From NCBI GenBank assembly GCA_964016885.1, contig CAXHJY010000769.1, forward strand, positions 124,001 through 188,000: 64,000 bases of DNA. Direction: 5' to 3'. The stretch's first letter is position 1. Every line of letters begins with the position of its first letter. The translations under genes and the position numbers were made by a program. Below, one piece after another: positions 12,148-25,252 of this stretch. This stretch comes from Eledone cirrhosa. Its lineage: Eukaryota. The notes under the pieces were generated by a model, which worked only from the letters and a program-made list of their open reading frames with translations, was not told the origin of the DNA and searched no databases.

Positions 12148-14454
12148 ACCTTCCACTATAGCCTCAGGTTGATCAATGCCTTATAAGTGAATTTAGTAGA
12201 CAGAAACTGTTGGAAGCTCATCATAATCATTTTTGGATGCCTTTCCTAATGCCGTTCCATTTACAAACTGTACTGAGTGCATTTTATTGTGGTACCAGCA
12301 GTAAGGTCATTGTGACCTTGGCAGAGTAAAGAGTAGTAGTAATGGGAGAGGTTGGACAAGAATATGACAGAAGTAATACTGTGTGTGTATGCAGGAGGGC
12401 AGTAGTAAGCATCATATTTATTACTGAGGAGGAGGTTTAGGAAGATAAAGAACAAGTGTTGGGTGGTGGATGTTCTTAGAAGTGGCTTTGCTTTGAGGAA
12501 ATGGAGTGGTGTCTAGCCTCTTAGAGGTTGGAAGTACATCATAAGACTGGAAACAGTAGGCGAGGTTGGATGTACATAGAATTAGAAGTATCCCTCTTTA
12601 TGTGGGCTGCATTGAGCAATGAATATGGAAGTGGAGGGGGAAAGTATTGGAGACCCTTGAGATCCTAACAGATTCAAGCGACTCTTAGTTATATGGGAGG
12701 TATGGTATAGAGAATCTGAGAGAATGTGAGTGAGACTGGTTTGGATGAGAGGAGGATGAGACATAGGGGACAGGATGGCCAAGAGTCTAAAAGGATGTGT
12801 GTAGCTGAGCAGAATATTAAAAGATGGGGTGAACTTAACAGGAATGTACAGGCCACACTACTTACTACAGTGGGATCTCTTTCAGCATCACAAACCACCA
12901 ATGGTCAAGATCCTCTGTCATTTTATTGTGAGGTTCAGCTCTACAAGGTTATGAGATCAGTTTACTTCACTTCATCCCATGTCATTCTTTGTCTACCTCA
13001 AAGTGTGCCATTAACATTAAAAACTCAGCATTTCTTTATACAATTGAAATTCTCATATCCAACCAGTGTATGCTACATCATCCCAACTCATCCATACTTC
13101 TTTAATCATATGCACTAACATTACACATCCAATGGAGCATGCTTGCCTTATTTCTTTCCAGCTGCCTCAGCTCTTTTACATTCAATGCCCAGCATTGCTG
13201 TTAATATGCAAACATCATATAGTTTGCCTTTCACTCTATGTAGTAACAGTTCTCTGAACTTTTTCCAACAAATTCTTATCTTGGCTATTACGCTTGTAGT
13301 ACATTCATCTCAGAGTGTTTGATACCCAGCATCAATCTCATATATGGTTTTAATGTGCTGACACTGTCCTACAATTCCTGCATTAATAATATATTCTAAA
13401 TATAATTTCTTAATATAAAATCTCACCTTCTTTAGTAATTTCCACAAAAATTTAACATGAGAACATTAATATCTAAAATGGGCATTGCTCTAACTACACT
13501 GGACCTGGCAAGCCTCATAAAGTGACAACCTATCTAGCATATCCAAGCATGGAAAGTAGGCATTAATCAATGATGATGATGATGATGATATTACATGAAA
13601 ACAAAATCTGAAATCAAAGGGCCTCAATATAAACCTAGTAATGACTAGAGTTAGTAGGTAAAAAAGCAGATAGGACTACTTCCATCAGGGAAATGGCTGT
13701 GCTCAAAGTATATAATAGATACACGAGGTGTAATGGGATCATGTGTAGGCTGACAGAGAAGGTAACTTTATCTGTGACATACAAGAATAGTCAGATATAA
13801 TGATACACATGAAATAAGCTTCCTCAAATGCTCACCAAAGTACCCTTCCACTATAATGTTGTAAGTGACCAGACCAAGACAACATAAAGTAGAGAGAACT
13901 CTCTGGTCATGTTGAGTACTTGACAACTTTTAGTGTTGGTGCCACAATAAAATGCACCCAGTACACAGTAAGTAAACTGCCAAAATATGGAACATGCGAG
14001 CAAGATGAGGTCTTTCCAATACATCTAACTTCAGATTGACAACCTGTTCAACCCATGCCAGCATGGAACACACACACAGAGGAATCTGGAGAGGGCCTTT
14101 GATGGGATTCCCTGCTCTGTTATCTGGTGGGTTCTAGGGAAGCTAGGTGTGGGAAAACCAGCAAGATGAAGATTGGTAGTGGGCACAGTGATGAATATAT
14201 AGTTCTTAGTTCCCTTCTATTTACCATTATTTTCCAGGCCATGTTGGAGGTATTTGGGATTGGTATTCTGAAAGCACTACTGTGTGCTAAGTTGAAGGCA
14301 AAATCCCAGACACGGAGGAATCTGGAATCGAGGGGCTGAAAATAAGTTTGGCAAAAACTGACAGCCTGTAATATGGGAAGGAGGACAGGAGCCTGAAATG
14401 TCAAAGGGCTTAGTAAGTTGAGTAGAAATTCCATTAGATGTAAACAGATTAATT

Positions 14455-14765
14455 TATGGATTGGCCTTGCAATCGAAAGGTTGTGAGTTCAATTCTCAGA
14501 CCGAGTGATGTGTTGTTTCCTTGAGCAAAACACTTTATTTCACATTGCTCCAGTTTACTCAGCTGTAGAAACAAGATGATAAGGACTGGGGTCCATATCA
14601 TTCCACTGCAAAGTGGTCGTGTAGGTGCCACGGCAAAAAAGCACCCAGCACTCACTGTAAATGAGGTTGGTGTTAGGAAGAGCATCCAGCTGTAGAAATC
14701 AAGCCAGAATCAGTTCCCGTCCCACCCTTGCAAGCAGGGAAAAGCGGACGTAATATGAAATGAAA
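14455..14765 (+). mobile_element. Composite SINE: tRNA-like head, CORE-like domain and RTE-derived 3' part
   Basis: gagttcaattctc B-box; tccttgagcaaaacacttt domain; then aaagcacccagc..gttaggaag module and cccacccttgcaagcagggaaaagcggacgt end shared with RTE copies. Confidence 0.6.
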
Positions 14766-15428
14766 ACCTAGGATATACAATGGAATTCATCATCATTATC
14801 ATCATCTTCGTTTAACGTCCATTTTCCATGCTAGCATAGGCTTCCATCAGTAGAAATATATTTAGTGCTTGTACCATAAAAATTACTCCCAGTACCCATT
14901 TAAGGTGGTTGGTGATAAGAGAATCCATGTATAGAACACATACCGAAAAAAATGGGTCGGGAAAAATTCAGTTGTATTAATGTGTTAAGGACACGGCAAC
15001 CTCCCTAGTGTTGTTGACACGTAAAACATGCACAGTACACTCTGTTGGTGATAAGGAGAGCATCCAGCTGTAGAAAACCTGTGGGCTTAGTTGTGTCAAA
15101 AACATGACAATCTCCCTAGTGCTGGTGTCATGTTAAAATATACAGTGTACTCTGTAAAGTGCAGTAACGCATGCGAGCAAGATGGAATTCAATGGTTCCG
15201 ATTGAATCCACCTCTAGCTAATAGGGAAAACGGCGTAAAATAACGATATAAGTTTCAGTCCTGTTATTCTGGTGTTTCTCCTTATACTCACGACTATGCG
15301 AGTAACAAGACTGAAACTTGACAACAACAACAATAATAATCATAAATGTGTGTGTGTGTTACACATACATTACACATATTTTACTATTTTTAGTAGCATT
15401 TCATAGTATAATTTACGTATATATTACA

Positions 15429-16272
15429 CTAGCAGTGGTACCCGGCGTTGCACGGGATAAGGTATTTTGGAAGGCCTAATCGTGGAAAAACTGCATGCCT
15501 GGACAATATGTAAAGAAAATAAACCGAATAATCTGATGGCTGGATAATCTTTAAGATTTTCCTCGATGAAGCAGGAAAAATGCAGGTTTTCACCTAATGC
15601 GGGCCCTAGAGGATCAAGAAAATGAATTTTTTTATGTGCATAATATGCCTTGAAATTTCGGGGAAAATCGGTTAAACGTAACGCCTCCAAAAAGCCCTAA
15701 AAAAGTTGGATTTTCTTTGCTCACGGTATGAAGAAGAGACTGACTAATACAGTTACAATTTCAAGGAAATCGGTCTGACGTAACGCCTTAAAAACCCCCT
15801 AAAAAGCTTTTAAAATGCAGTTTTTCACCTAGGAGATCAAAAAGCTGAATTTATGTGCATAACACTCCCTGAAACATAAGTAATACACATGTAAAGTTTG
15901 AAAAAAATCGGTTGGGTACTTCTCGAGTTTTGGGGATTCAAACTCTCACACACACACACAGTCATCCTCAGGAAGTGACCTAATGCAGGCAGCCAGACAT
16001 ACAGACAGATATTATAAGGGCGTGACGTTATATGTATGTATATATCTAAAAAGAGAAAGACTAAGAATTATAGAGAGAGATTGCTAAATCGCCTAATGTG
16101 ATCCCTAGGGCATTGAAAATTAGAATTTTTCCTCAGAACACTCCTTGAAACATAAGTATTACATGTATAAAGTTTGAAAACAGTCGGTTGGGTGGTTCTC
16201 GAGTTTTAGGGATTGCAACTCACACACACACGGACAGACATCCTCAGTTTTATATCTATATATATATATAGA
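15429..16272 (-). mobile_element. Non-autonomous Helitron
   Basis: On the minus strand it starts TC (16272), ends CTAG (15429) after a cccgtgcaacgccggg hairpin and sits between A and T; microsatellite near the 5' end; internal duplication ~15820-15970 / 16090-16250. Confidence 0.82.
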
Positions 16273-16793
16273 TTACACAATTTGGACTACTTTAGCGTGA
16301 GTATTGAGCAGTCTATATTACATGAAGAGATACCAAAAGATTTATTGAAAAATATACATACTACACACTGCAAACATTAAACAACAACGACATGGCCTCT
16401 ATGCCGTAGCTCAACCTACAAGCAACAGCAGCCAAATTTCCAAGAACACACCACCTTGCCGTCCGAAATAAAAGATATTGGATAACGTACACAAAATTAG
16501 GGTCCGTAACAAAAATAACCGGACATTTCCGCGTCGTAAAAATATAATAACACAGAATTCGATTATATAATTTATAGGTAAATTTATTTCATAATGTTAG
16601 CTATCAAAAAATATAAATAGATTTTGTTTTATCTTCTACTGTATGGGAATTCTGTTTAATGGGTTTTTTGTATCCAACAAAAATCCAGGGTTGTCTAGGC
16701 AAGAACGTTTTTAATTGTAGGTCTGCTGATTTGGAGACTAAATATACACACACATACATACATAAATAAATAAATACATACATACACACACAC

Positions 16794-16859
<66 letters not shown>

Positions 16860-17282
16860 CTCATTTTTACACTTGGTGACAATGAGGAAATAGATTTGCC
16901 TTTTAATAGTATGTAATATAAAAACTGCAATGTGAACATAACTGGGGTGTACACTTGCATACATACACACGCGTAAAATAAATAGCATAACTTGATATTT
17001 ATTCACCAGCCACTAAGTGGGGAGATGTAATCACGAGGACTAAAATATGTCAGTTATAACCTACCTATTGAAGCGTTTCGTAAATATTATGTATGTGTGT
17101 GTTTCTGATTTAGTTACGAGCTCGTAGATATAATAGCTACGATGCTAACTCACTTTCTCTCTCTCTGACAGAGAGAGAGAGGAATTTCTTTTATTTAATT
17201 TTTAAAAAAAAATGCAAAATCCAATATTTACTCGAAAATAACAGCAAAAAAAAATTGGGATTTAGAATTTTTAAAAATCTCG

Positions 17283-17420
17283 TTCGGACGCCATGCTTTG
17301 CAGCACAGAGTTACGGCCCTTTGCGGTCTGAGCTCAAATACCGCCGAGGTCGATAAAATAAAGCACCAGTAATACACTGGTATAATTGCTGGCCTTATGT
17401 CAAAAGTAGAAATAGTTATC
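17283..17420 (+). mobile_element. Meta-type SINE, internally deleted copy
   Basis: gacgccatgctttgcagc..gagctcaaata..gtcgataaaataaagcaccag matches 10258-10415. Confidence 0.65.
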
Positions 17421-17530
17421 GATTAAAACCAGTAAGACCATTACTCAACTAAGTATTCCAGACGTTAAAGAAAGCATAGTGTAGGAAATATTTAAATACA
17501 TGTAAGCCTAAAATGTTTCGATGGTTTGCA

Positions 17531-17720
17531 CAGATCAAAAGTTAAAGTAATTTTTGCTTTCACCTTTTTACAGGATCTTCTGAAACAGACAAACCAATGT
17601 GCAGATTCAAATGTAAACATTTTGAAAAAATTACGAGCAAATATTTCTTTTTACCTCAGTTTCAGAAGATCCCATAAGGGTGAAAGCAGAAATTGTTAGC
17701 TTAAACATTTAATCTGTGTT
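17531..17720. repeat. Inverted pair of Penelope pLTR hammerhead-like modules
   Basis: agtttcagaagatcccataagggtgaaagc..gcttaaac (17658-17706) and a degenerate reverse complement at ~17531-17590; nearly the same as 32131-32182. Confidence 0.7.
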
Positions 17721-17759
17721 AATATTTGCTCCACATGTGTGTGTGTGTGTGTGTATGGT

Positions 17760-18000
17760 GTCAGGATAAAAATCGCTCAATCCACAGAGAAGTGGTCGTG
17801 TATGTAGGTGTCCCGACAAAAAGCACCCATTACACACTGTAAATGTGGTTGGCGTTAGGAAGGGCATCTAGCTGTAGAAATCCAACGAAATCAGTTCTGT
17901 ATGGGCAAAGCAACGCATAGTCATCTGACCTGGCTTGTCTCACAACGGGACAGTTCGTCTAACCCATGATAATGTGGAAAATGGACGTTAAACGGTGATG
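17760..18000 (+). mobile_element. RTE 3'UTR/tail fragment
   Basis: aagcaccc..ctgtaaatgtggttggcgttaggaagggcatc..cgtctaacccatg..ggacgttaaacggtgatg. Confidence 0.75.
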
Positions 18001-18654
18001 AGAGAGAGGGAGAGGCCAATTGTGATGTAACACGAGTTCTCTGTGATGACATTTCTTCTCTAATCGTAAGTTACAATAGCAGAAAGAACACGTTAGGTTG
18101 GAGTTGCAATTTATTTTCAAGTATTCATTAACCATAATTAAAATCTAATTCACGAAGGCGAAAAAACTGTTTGTTTGTTTTTTATCTTTCTCCCTCCTTT
18201 TTCGTTTCTCTCTTCCAGCTTTACACAGACGTTTAAATAATACAAAATAAAAGAGGTATAGACAAAAAAATGTAAGAGATGTGGTGATTGCATACAGTTT
18301 AGTCCCCCACACCAAAACTCCCAGAATATGTTTTAGCCTTGTAACAAACACCAATTGAAAGCATTCAGTAGTAAATGAAATCATTAGCGAACGGAACTAT
18401 ATAACAATTCTTGCACTGGCTTCAGCCATCAAACTGCGACCATACTTTGGCACAGCCATGAAGGGATTTCGTTGATCCTATCATCGGCTCCATTATTTTT
18501 CCAAGTCTGGCACATTATTTTATCGATATATTCACAGAACTGCAAAGTTATAAGGCATAAACAAACCTTAACGTGCGCGCGTAGACACACGCACTATATA
18601 TATATCAATGATATTAATAAATGGAAACTATCTTTATAAAACCATATTTATTTT

Positions 18655-18860
18655 ATTATTTCAAGGGTACCAAAATTTTGGTAAGCTATCATCAGATAAA
18701 ATACAAAAACTGTTTTATAAATATTGACATATCCAAAAAACAAGAACTTATCGTTTTAAAACGATAAGTTCTTGTTTTTTGGATATGTCAATATTTATAA
18801 AACAGCTTTTTTATTTTATCTGATGAGAGCTTACCAAAATTTTGGTACCCTTGAAATAAA
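18655..18860. repeat. ~200-bp near-perfect palindrome with no spacer
   Basis: Centre cgttttaaaacg (~18752-18763); arms tttcaagggtaccaaaattttggtaagct..catcagataaaa and ttttatctgatg..agcttaccaaaattttggtacccttgaaa. Confidence 0.93.
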
Positions 18861-20164
18861 CCAAAAGGTCTTGAAACTAAAAGAACTTTTGTATATATTG
18901 ACAAAAAAAAATTAGAGTGGGGAAGAAGAGGGTGGAAAAGGTGGAACAGGCGAAATTCTAATTTAAAAAAAAAAGAAGAAAACCTTAGAAACTAAAAAAA
19001 AAAAAAAAAAAAAAAATCAAATGAAGTTTATAGCTCACACCTATGTAGGTTTAGCTGGCCTTCTATGAGATTACATCTCAGGTTTCTTGTGAGTTTAATG
19101 TAAAATGAAGTGTCGTGCTCAAGAACACAACACACCTCACGGTCTAGGTAATAAAGTTAACAACAAAAAAAACTTGGAGAGAAACGTGAAAAGGCGAAAT
19201 TGTTATGGTAATCAAGATTTAAATAGAACAGGGCTTCTGAAACTGAGGATCGAACCTCCCAGGGAATCGCAAAGAATACCACCTAGGAGCATTTTTCTAC
19301 AATATTAGTACTAATTGTTTATACAGTACATGTGGAGAGTCGCGAAAACATCTATTTGATCTGAAGGGGTTCCGAATAGAAAAAGTCTGAAAAGCATTGA
19401 CAGACGAAATTAGTTTTTGTTTGTTTGTTTGAGAGAGAGACAGACAGTTCTATATAGATATATAGACGACAAACGAAATTATTCGCTTAAAATATAAATA
19501 ATCAAGATAGGAGGAAGGAGAGGAAAAAGTGAAAAAGATGAATCTGTCAGAGTAATGAAGAAAAAATAGAAACTAAAAGTACAGCTCTATAGATATATAG
19601 CCGACAAACGCATATTTTTCTAATCAGATTATGTAACCCCTGCGCTTTATGTAATCTGTCTATAGCCCCCCCCCCCCCATTCGACGCCCTTGTGGCAAAT
19701 AAAAGAAACTTTTTTTATTAAAGAAATGATAATTATATAATTTTTTTGTTTCGTTTCATATATAAATAGAAACTTGATTGGGGAAGGAGAGAAAAGAGAA
19801 AAAGTGGAAAAGACGGCTAGATGTTACAAGTGTTTATGTCTGTCTGACAAACGGACGAATCAATGAGTCAGGAATTATGGATAACTCCACTGCCACCACA
19901 AGTTTAGTTATGTCACTGCAGCGTTTTAGACTGTTGCACGAATACACACACACACACACTTCTATAACTGGTGGAGCTTGTTCAAAAATAGAATGCGCGT
20001 GTATATACACAGAAAAAAAATATATATATATATATAGTTCAAAGAAACGACAAAACATAGGTACAAAAAAAAAAAAAGGAAAAAGCAATATTTCAATTGA
20101 AGCTGTGTATGTGCATTATAGCTATATGTATAGAGACTACATGATTATCAAGTGGGTCCTGTCT

Positions 20165-20495
20165 TGAAGCGAACGGGATTGTCCAGAATGCGCGTGAATG
20201 ATGTAGATTTTGGACGCTACAGTTAACTGTTTTGTCCACCCCCAGAGACTACGGTAAATGTGAGGGTCACTGCATGCAGCCGATTGGAAACAAAATGCTA
20301 AAATATCAGAAACTACTGGCAAATATCTTTTTCATTCAGCCTATGGCGTTCGAGACACTTGGAGTTGCACCGCTGACGAGATTCTTGTCATCGCCTTAAC
20401 CACATATCGAGTGATGCCCACAAGAGTGCTTGCTTACCAACACCTTAGCCTCGCTATCACCTGCGGCAATGTGCCGAGTGTATTGGTATGCCTAA
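20165..20495 (+). mobile_element. Remnant of the restriction-like endonuclease C-terminus of a CRE/HERO-type non-LTR element
   Basis: Broken frames read LDATV..AA..K..KYQKLL..FIQPMAFETLG..YQHLSLAITCGNVPSVL, resembling the RLE consensus WDAT..K..KY..P.A.ET.G..QRLS.AI.RGN. Confidence 0.6.
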
Positions 20496-20571
20496 ATTTT
20501 TAGGGGGAAACTCCAGCATCCTTGTGGAATTTTCTCTCAATTTATTTGTGTAGTCCATTGAAAGTAATATA

Positions 20572-20750
20572 ATTGTTTCTACTTTTGGCACAAGGCCAGC
20601 AATTACCCAGTACATTACTGGTACTTTATTTTATCGACCCCGTAAGGATGAAAGGCAAAGTTAACCTCGACGGGATTTGAACTCAAACCGTAAAGGGACG
20701 CAACTATGCTAGAAAGCATGGCGTCCGACCCTCTACCGATACTGCCAATT
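20572..20750 (-). mobile_element. Meta-type tRNA-derived SINE
   Basis: ctggtactttattttatcgacccc..ggatgaaaggcaaagtt..gggatttgaactc is the reverse complement of the 10258 copy. Confidence 0.75.
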
Positions 20751-20814
20751 ATAATAATATATTATTATGCATACATACATTTCTCTACTCAGCCCTATTT
20801 AGAGCTATCTCCTC

Positions 20815-22890
20815 CCTGTTGTCTATATCTTGGACATTCTGCTTTGACAAGGGCATCGATGTCAGTAGTTCTGTCTTGCCACTTGATGTTGAATATGCCC
20901 CTTAGACGTTTCTGCTGAAAACGCCCAAGCAATTTGATATGTTTACGAAATAGTATCCAGGTTTCAGCAGAATATAAAAGAGCAGACAGAACACATGATC
21001 TATACACACACACACCTTGGTAATATTGCGATTAGCCAAAACTCTCTTTTCCAAACGCAAAAGCAAAAGGGGCCTTCTGGATGCTCAGATGTATTTCAGC
21101 ATCCTAGGAGAGTGTTCTACCCAAGTAGATAAATTTATCTACTACTCCCAACCTGGTTCCATCAACCGTGATTTTGGGTTCAGCATATGGTTCCCCAGGA
21201 GCAGGGGTAAACATTACTTTGGTCTTTTTAAGGTTGATTGTAAGCCCAAATGTTGTACACGAGGATGAGAAAAGGTCCATAAGGTGCTGCATGTCAGTTT
21301 TTGTGTGAGCTAGGAAGTCGGCAGCAGTGGTGTAAAGAAGGTCTCTGATCAAAGCTTAAAAAGTTTTTGTTTTGGTATTAAACCTTAAGTTGAAAACCTT
21401 TCAGGCAGTTCTGAACCGTAAGAGAATGCCTTTGTCACAATCATGGAAAGCATGTGTGGACATGGTAGCAAAAAAGATGGAGAAAAGCGTAGGAGCAGGT
21501 ATATCACCTTGCTTTACCTCGTTGTCAATTGGGATTTTCCCAGATAGTTGACCATTGAAGGTAACTTGAGCTTTCATGTTACTGTGCAGCTGCTTTAGCA
21601 TACACATAAACTTGGGTGGACATTCCATTTCTCCAAGTATTATCCATCTCTGTTAACCATATCAAAAGCTTTTGTAAGGTCGACAAAGACTTGATATAGA
21701 GGGACACACTGCTCAATGCAGTTTTCTTGTATTTGTCTTACAGAGAAAAATCATGTCAACTGTTCCCCCTTCCTCTTCTAAAGCCACTCTGTGATTCTGG
21801 GATAGCTGTAAGTCAGATATCCTTCTCCAGTCTGTTGAGAACCTTGCCAACAGCTTCCAACAAAGTGATACCACGGTAGTTGCCACATATCAATTTTTCA
21901 CCTTTGCATAACGATAACAGAATACCATTGATCCAGTTCAGTGGAACAGGAGTCCCATTCCAGCAATCAGCAATGAAGTTGTTTATCGCTTCCGTTACAT
22001 TATCACTACCGACTTTCTACAGTTCAACTGTGATACCATCTAGACCCGGTGCCTTGCCAGAATTAACCTGTTTGACTGCCAGCTTTATCTCATCAGCAGA
22101 AGGAAGTGCACTGTTTCACATCAAGGAAGACCCTCTATCACTCCAAAATTGACTGCTGATATGTTGTCAAACAGGTTAGTAAAGTGTTCCTCCCAATGCT
22201 GATTGATGGCTTTTTGATGATATTGGCATCATCTTTAGATCTCAGAGGAGTTAGTGAGGATGTTAGTGGGCTGAAGACTTGGCGTATCAATGAGTAAAAT
22301 GACCTTGAATCATTGGTGTTAAAAGTCTGTTGGATTTCCAAAGATATTCCACCACTCATTTTTTCATTCTGCATAGTTTGCGTTGCAATGTTGCCTTGTG
22401 ATCCTTGTAGGTTTTCCTGACGGCTGGTTGTGCTAAGGGATTCTGATTCAGAAGCTTTTCATAGAAAGCGTTTGTTTTTTTGTAGATGATTGATATTAGA
22501 ATTGTTGTCACCAAACCAGTCTTAGTGTTTCTTGGTTCTGAAGCCAAGTACCTCATCTTCCACTGAGTAAACCTGATCTCTAAAGTTTTCCTAGGTGTCA
22601 TCAAAATAGGGTTGCACATACATCTGCTTGCCTCAGTTTGGTGACATCAATGCGTTTCGGTGCTTTCACTCCACTCATCTTGAATTAATTTGTGGTCAGT
22701 GCCACACTCTGCCTACGCAACACACACACTGTACACACATCACTTAGATCTCGTTTATGAGTGATGATGAAATCAATTATGTGTCCATGCTTGGATCTTG
22801 GATGATACCAGGTAGTTTTATATTTGAGTTTCAATGGAAAAGAGTATTGCAGATGGTTAAGTTGAGTTCTGAGTAGAATTCAAGCAACCT
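20815..22890 (-). mobile_element. Degraded RTE-BovB-like LINE
   Basis: HPRSKHGHIIDFII, GNYRGITL, FVDLTKAFD, VKQGDIPAPTLFSIFF, FGLTINLKKTKV, VDKFIYLG, SALLYSAETW. Confidence 0.85.
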
Positions 22891-22892
22891 CA

Positions 22893-23213
22893 ACTGTGTG
22901 CAGGAGAGGAAATTACGTTGGTATGGACTGTGATGCGTATGAAGGATGAGAGTTGCATGAAAAGGTGCAGAGCACTAAAAGGGGATGGAAGCCTTGGAGT
23001 GGGGAGACCTAAGAAGACCTGGGATGATAAAAGCCGATCTTACCCAATTGCACCTCACAAAGGCGATGACACAAGACCGAAACCTCTGGCATTACGCAGT
23101 AATACAGAAGACCCGAAATCCCAGGAGTACAAGCCGAAGCTAAAACATATAAACAGTGTGTCCCCACCCCACTGTAAAGTGGTCGTGTAGGCATCACAAC
23201 AAAAAAGCACCAG
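22893..23213 (+). mobile_element. RTE 3' fragment
   Basis: MRMKDESCMKRCRAL..GRPKKTWD plus the start of the 3'UTR; it abuts the transposase. Confidence 0.8.
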
Positions 23214-24358
23214 TTCGCGCCGGGAGGACAAATAAGGAAATTTCAGACTTTCTCAGCGTCAGCTGGAGAATGGTGGAAAAGGTCAGAAAGGAATTGGAAG
23301 ATTCAGGATTCGACTACGAAGTAACATCAGAGAGGAAAACATATGATCGACGATCTGACACCTTCAGAACGCCCGAGTTCGTCGCTGAAGTTCAGGATAT
23401 CATCAACAATGAACCTAGCAAGTCGATGCGTGCCATTGCAAGGGAGAAAGGCGTTGATGAAAAGCTCATCAGGCTGGTGGTACATGAAGACATTCGCTAC
23501 GTTTCATACAAGATGAGGAAAGGACAATTTCTGTCAAAGGCGATGCAAGAAAAGCAACTGAATCACGCAAAGAATCTGATCAACAAATTGAAACACCCAC
23601 TGGAGCCAGACATGCTGTGGTTTTTCTCCGACAAGAAAAACTTCTGCCAAGACCAGAAGATCAACTCCCAGAACAACAGGTGGCTCGCTGTCTCATCCAA
23701 AGACGTGCCCAGAGTCATGCAGACAAATTTTCCAGCAACAACATTGGTCTTAGGTGTCGTCAGCAGTCAAGGTGACATCATGCCACCTCACTTCTTCCCT
23801 GAGAGCCTCAAGCTGAAAACACATGATCGACGATTTGACGCCTTCAGAACGCCCAAGTTTTTCCCTGAGGGCTTCAAGCTAGACACCGATGGCTACATCC
23901 GCGTTCTGAGCGAGGTAGTAAAGCCCAGGATCGACCAGGTAGCTGCAGGTAGGCCATACGTCTGGCAGCAAGACTCAGCACCCTGCCATACCAGCCGAAA
24001 GACTCAAGCCTAGCTGTCAGAGAACTTCGTCGACCACACTTCACCTGACATCTGGCCTCCCAGTTCGCCTGACTGCAGTGGAACGAGACACCAACAGATC
24101 GAGCTGCAATACGAAAGACTATCTAAAGGCCAGGATCACAAGTGCCTTTAGGGGCCTAAGTCAGGGGACAGTGACGAAGGCCTGTAGCCGGTTCCGAGGC
24201 TGTCATCAAAGCCAATCGCGGGTTTATCGAGTGAGATCGAAAGAACAAGTCATGAAGACAAACTGACCCAAGTTTGATAAATATATCTTAAAAAATAAAA
24301 CTACTGTGTTATATTTTCCTAGACAGTAATCTTGCGAACAAATATCGTCCTCACCCTG
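23213..24358 (+). mobile_element. 5'-truncated Tc1/mariner-superfamily transposon, DD37D (maT-like) transposase pseudogene
   Basis: ORF 23156-24013 has HTH region, WFFSD.KNF and YVWQQDSAPCH, then WPPSSPD with spacing compatible with DD37D (the final NPLD is deleted); right end ..tcaccctg followed by TA (CAGGGTG-type TIR). Confidence 0.88.
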
Positions 24359-24365
24359 TATATAT

Positions 24366-24897
24366 GCTATTGAGATTGACAACTATAGGGTCAAAGAGGC
24401 AATTAAAGAAATGAACAGTGGTAAGGCAGCTGGACTGTCAGAGATAGTTGCTGAGATGCTGAAGGCGTCAGGAGAAGTAGGAACTAAATTGGTTGCATGC
24501 ATCGTCAATCAATCTATATATGGTGGTATCATACCCAAAGACTGGTGCAACAGTATTCTTATAAATTGCTACAAAGGTAAAGGGGATGCTCTAGAGAGGA
24601 TCAATTATGAGGGCATAAAACTGATGGATCAGGTTATGAAAGTGGCAGAAAGAATACTATTGCAACTAATTCAAGAAAGGGTCAAATTAGATGAGATGTA
24701 GTTTGGTTTTGTGCCTAGAAAAAGTACAACAGATGTCCTCTTCTTAGTGAGGCAACTACAAGAGAGATTCTTAGAGAAGAATCATAGCTTTTGTTGACTT
24801 AGAGAAGGCTTTTGATAGAGTAACCTGGTCTGTCAACTGGTGGTTCCTAAGGATACTAGGCTTGCGAGGACAGTGCAATCTATGTACAGAGGTGTTT
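24366..24897 (+). mobile_element. Internal RTE RT fragment
   Basis: [39 protein letters not shown]. Confidence 0.85.
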
Positions 24898-24899
24898 CT

Positions 24900-25252
24900 T
24901 GAAAACATCCACGTCCACACCATGCAGATCTCTCAAATTTCTTAGCAACTTGTTAAAGAGTTGAACGCCTGGCTATTACAATATCTGCTCCTTATTCTAA
25001 ATGTGAAAGAAGGGACCTTTGGCACCACACAGTGATGTCTTGTTCGGGGGTTGGTCCAGCACTCAATGCCAAAGTTTGGTGTTAGTCCTTCCAGGACGGT
25101 CCATATGTATATCACTGCGTATGTCTCCAGTCTATGTTCTAAAGAGTAGAGTTTCAGTTCTTTTAGACTCTCCTATTAGCTCTTCTCCTTCATCATGGCA
25201 ATCCTCTTGGTGTAGCTTCGTTGGATTGCTGCAAGCTCAGTGGTTAGTTTGA
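24900..25252 (-). mobile_element. CR1-group LINE 3' fragment
   Basis: Minus strand reads ELAAIQRSYTKRI..LKELKLYSLE.RLETYAVIYIWTVLEGLTPNFGI, typical of a CR1-group C-terminus. Confidence 0.6.

Noticed and set aside
13420-13450. Minus-strand donor-like site (aaagaag/gtgaga) as a candidate UBE2K exon 1
   Set aside because: The upstream translation does not resemble MANIAVQRIKREFKEV
15250-15320. Small hairpin aagtttcagtc / gactgaaactt
   Set aside because: Short imperfect arms with no TSD or second copy, so it cannot be classified
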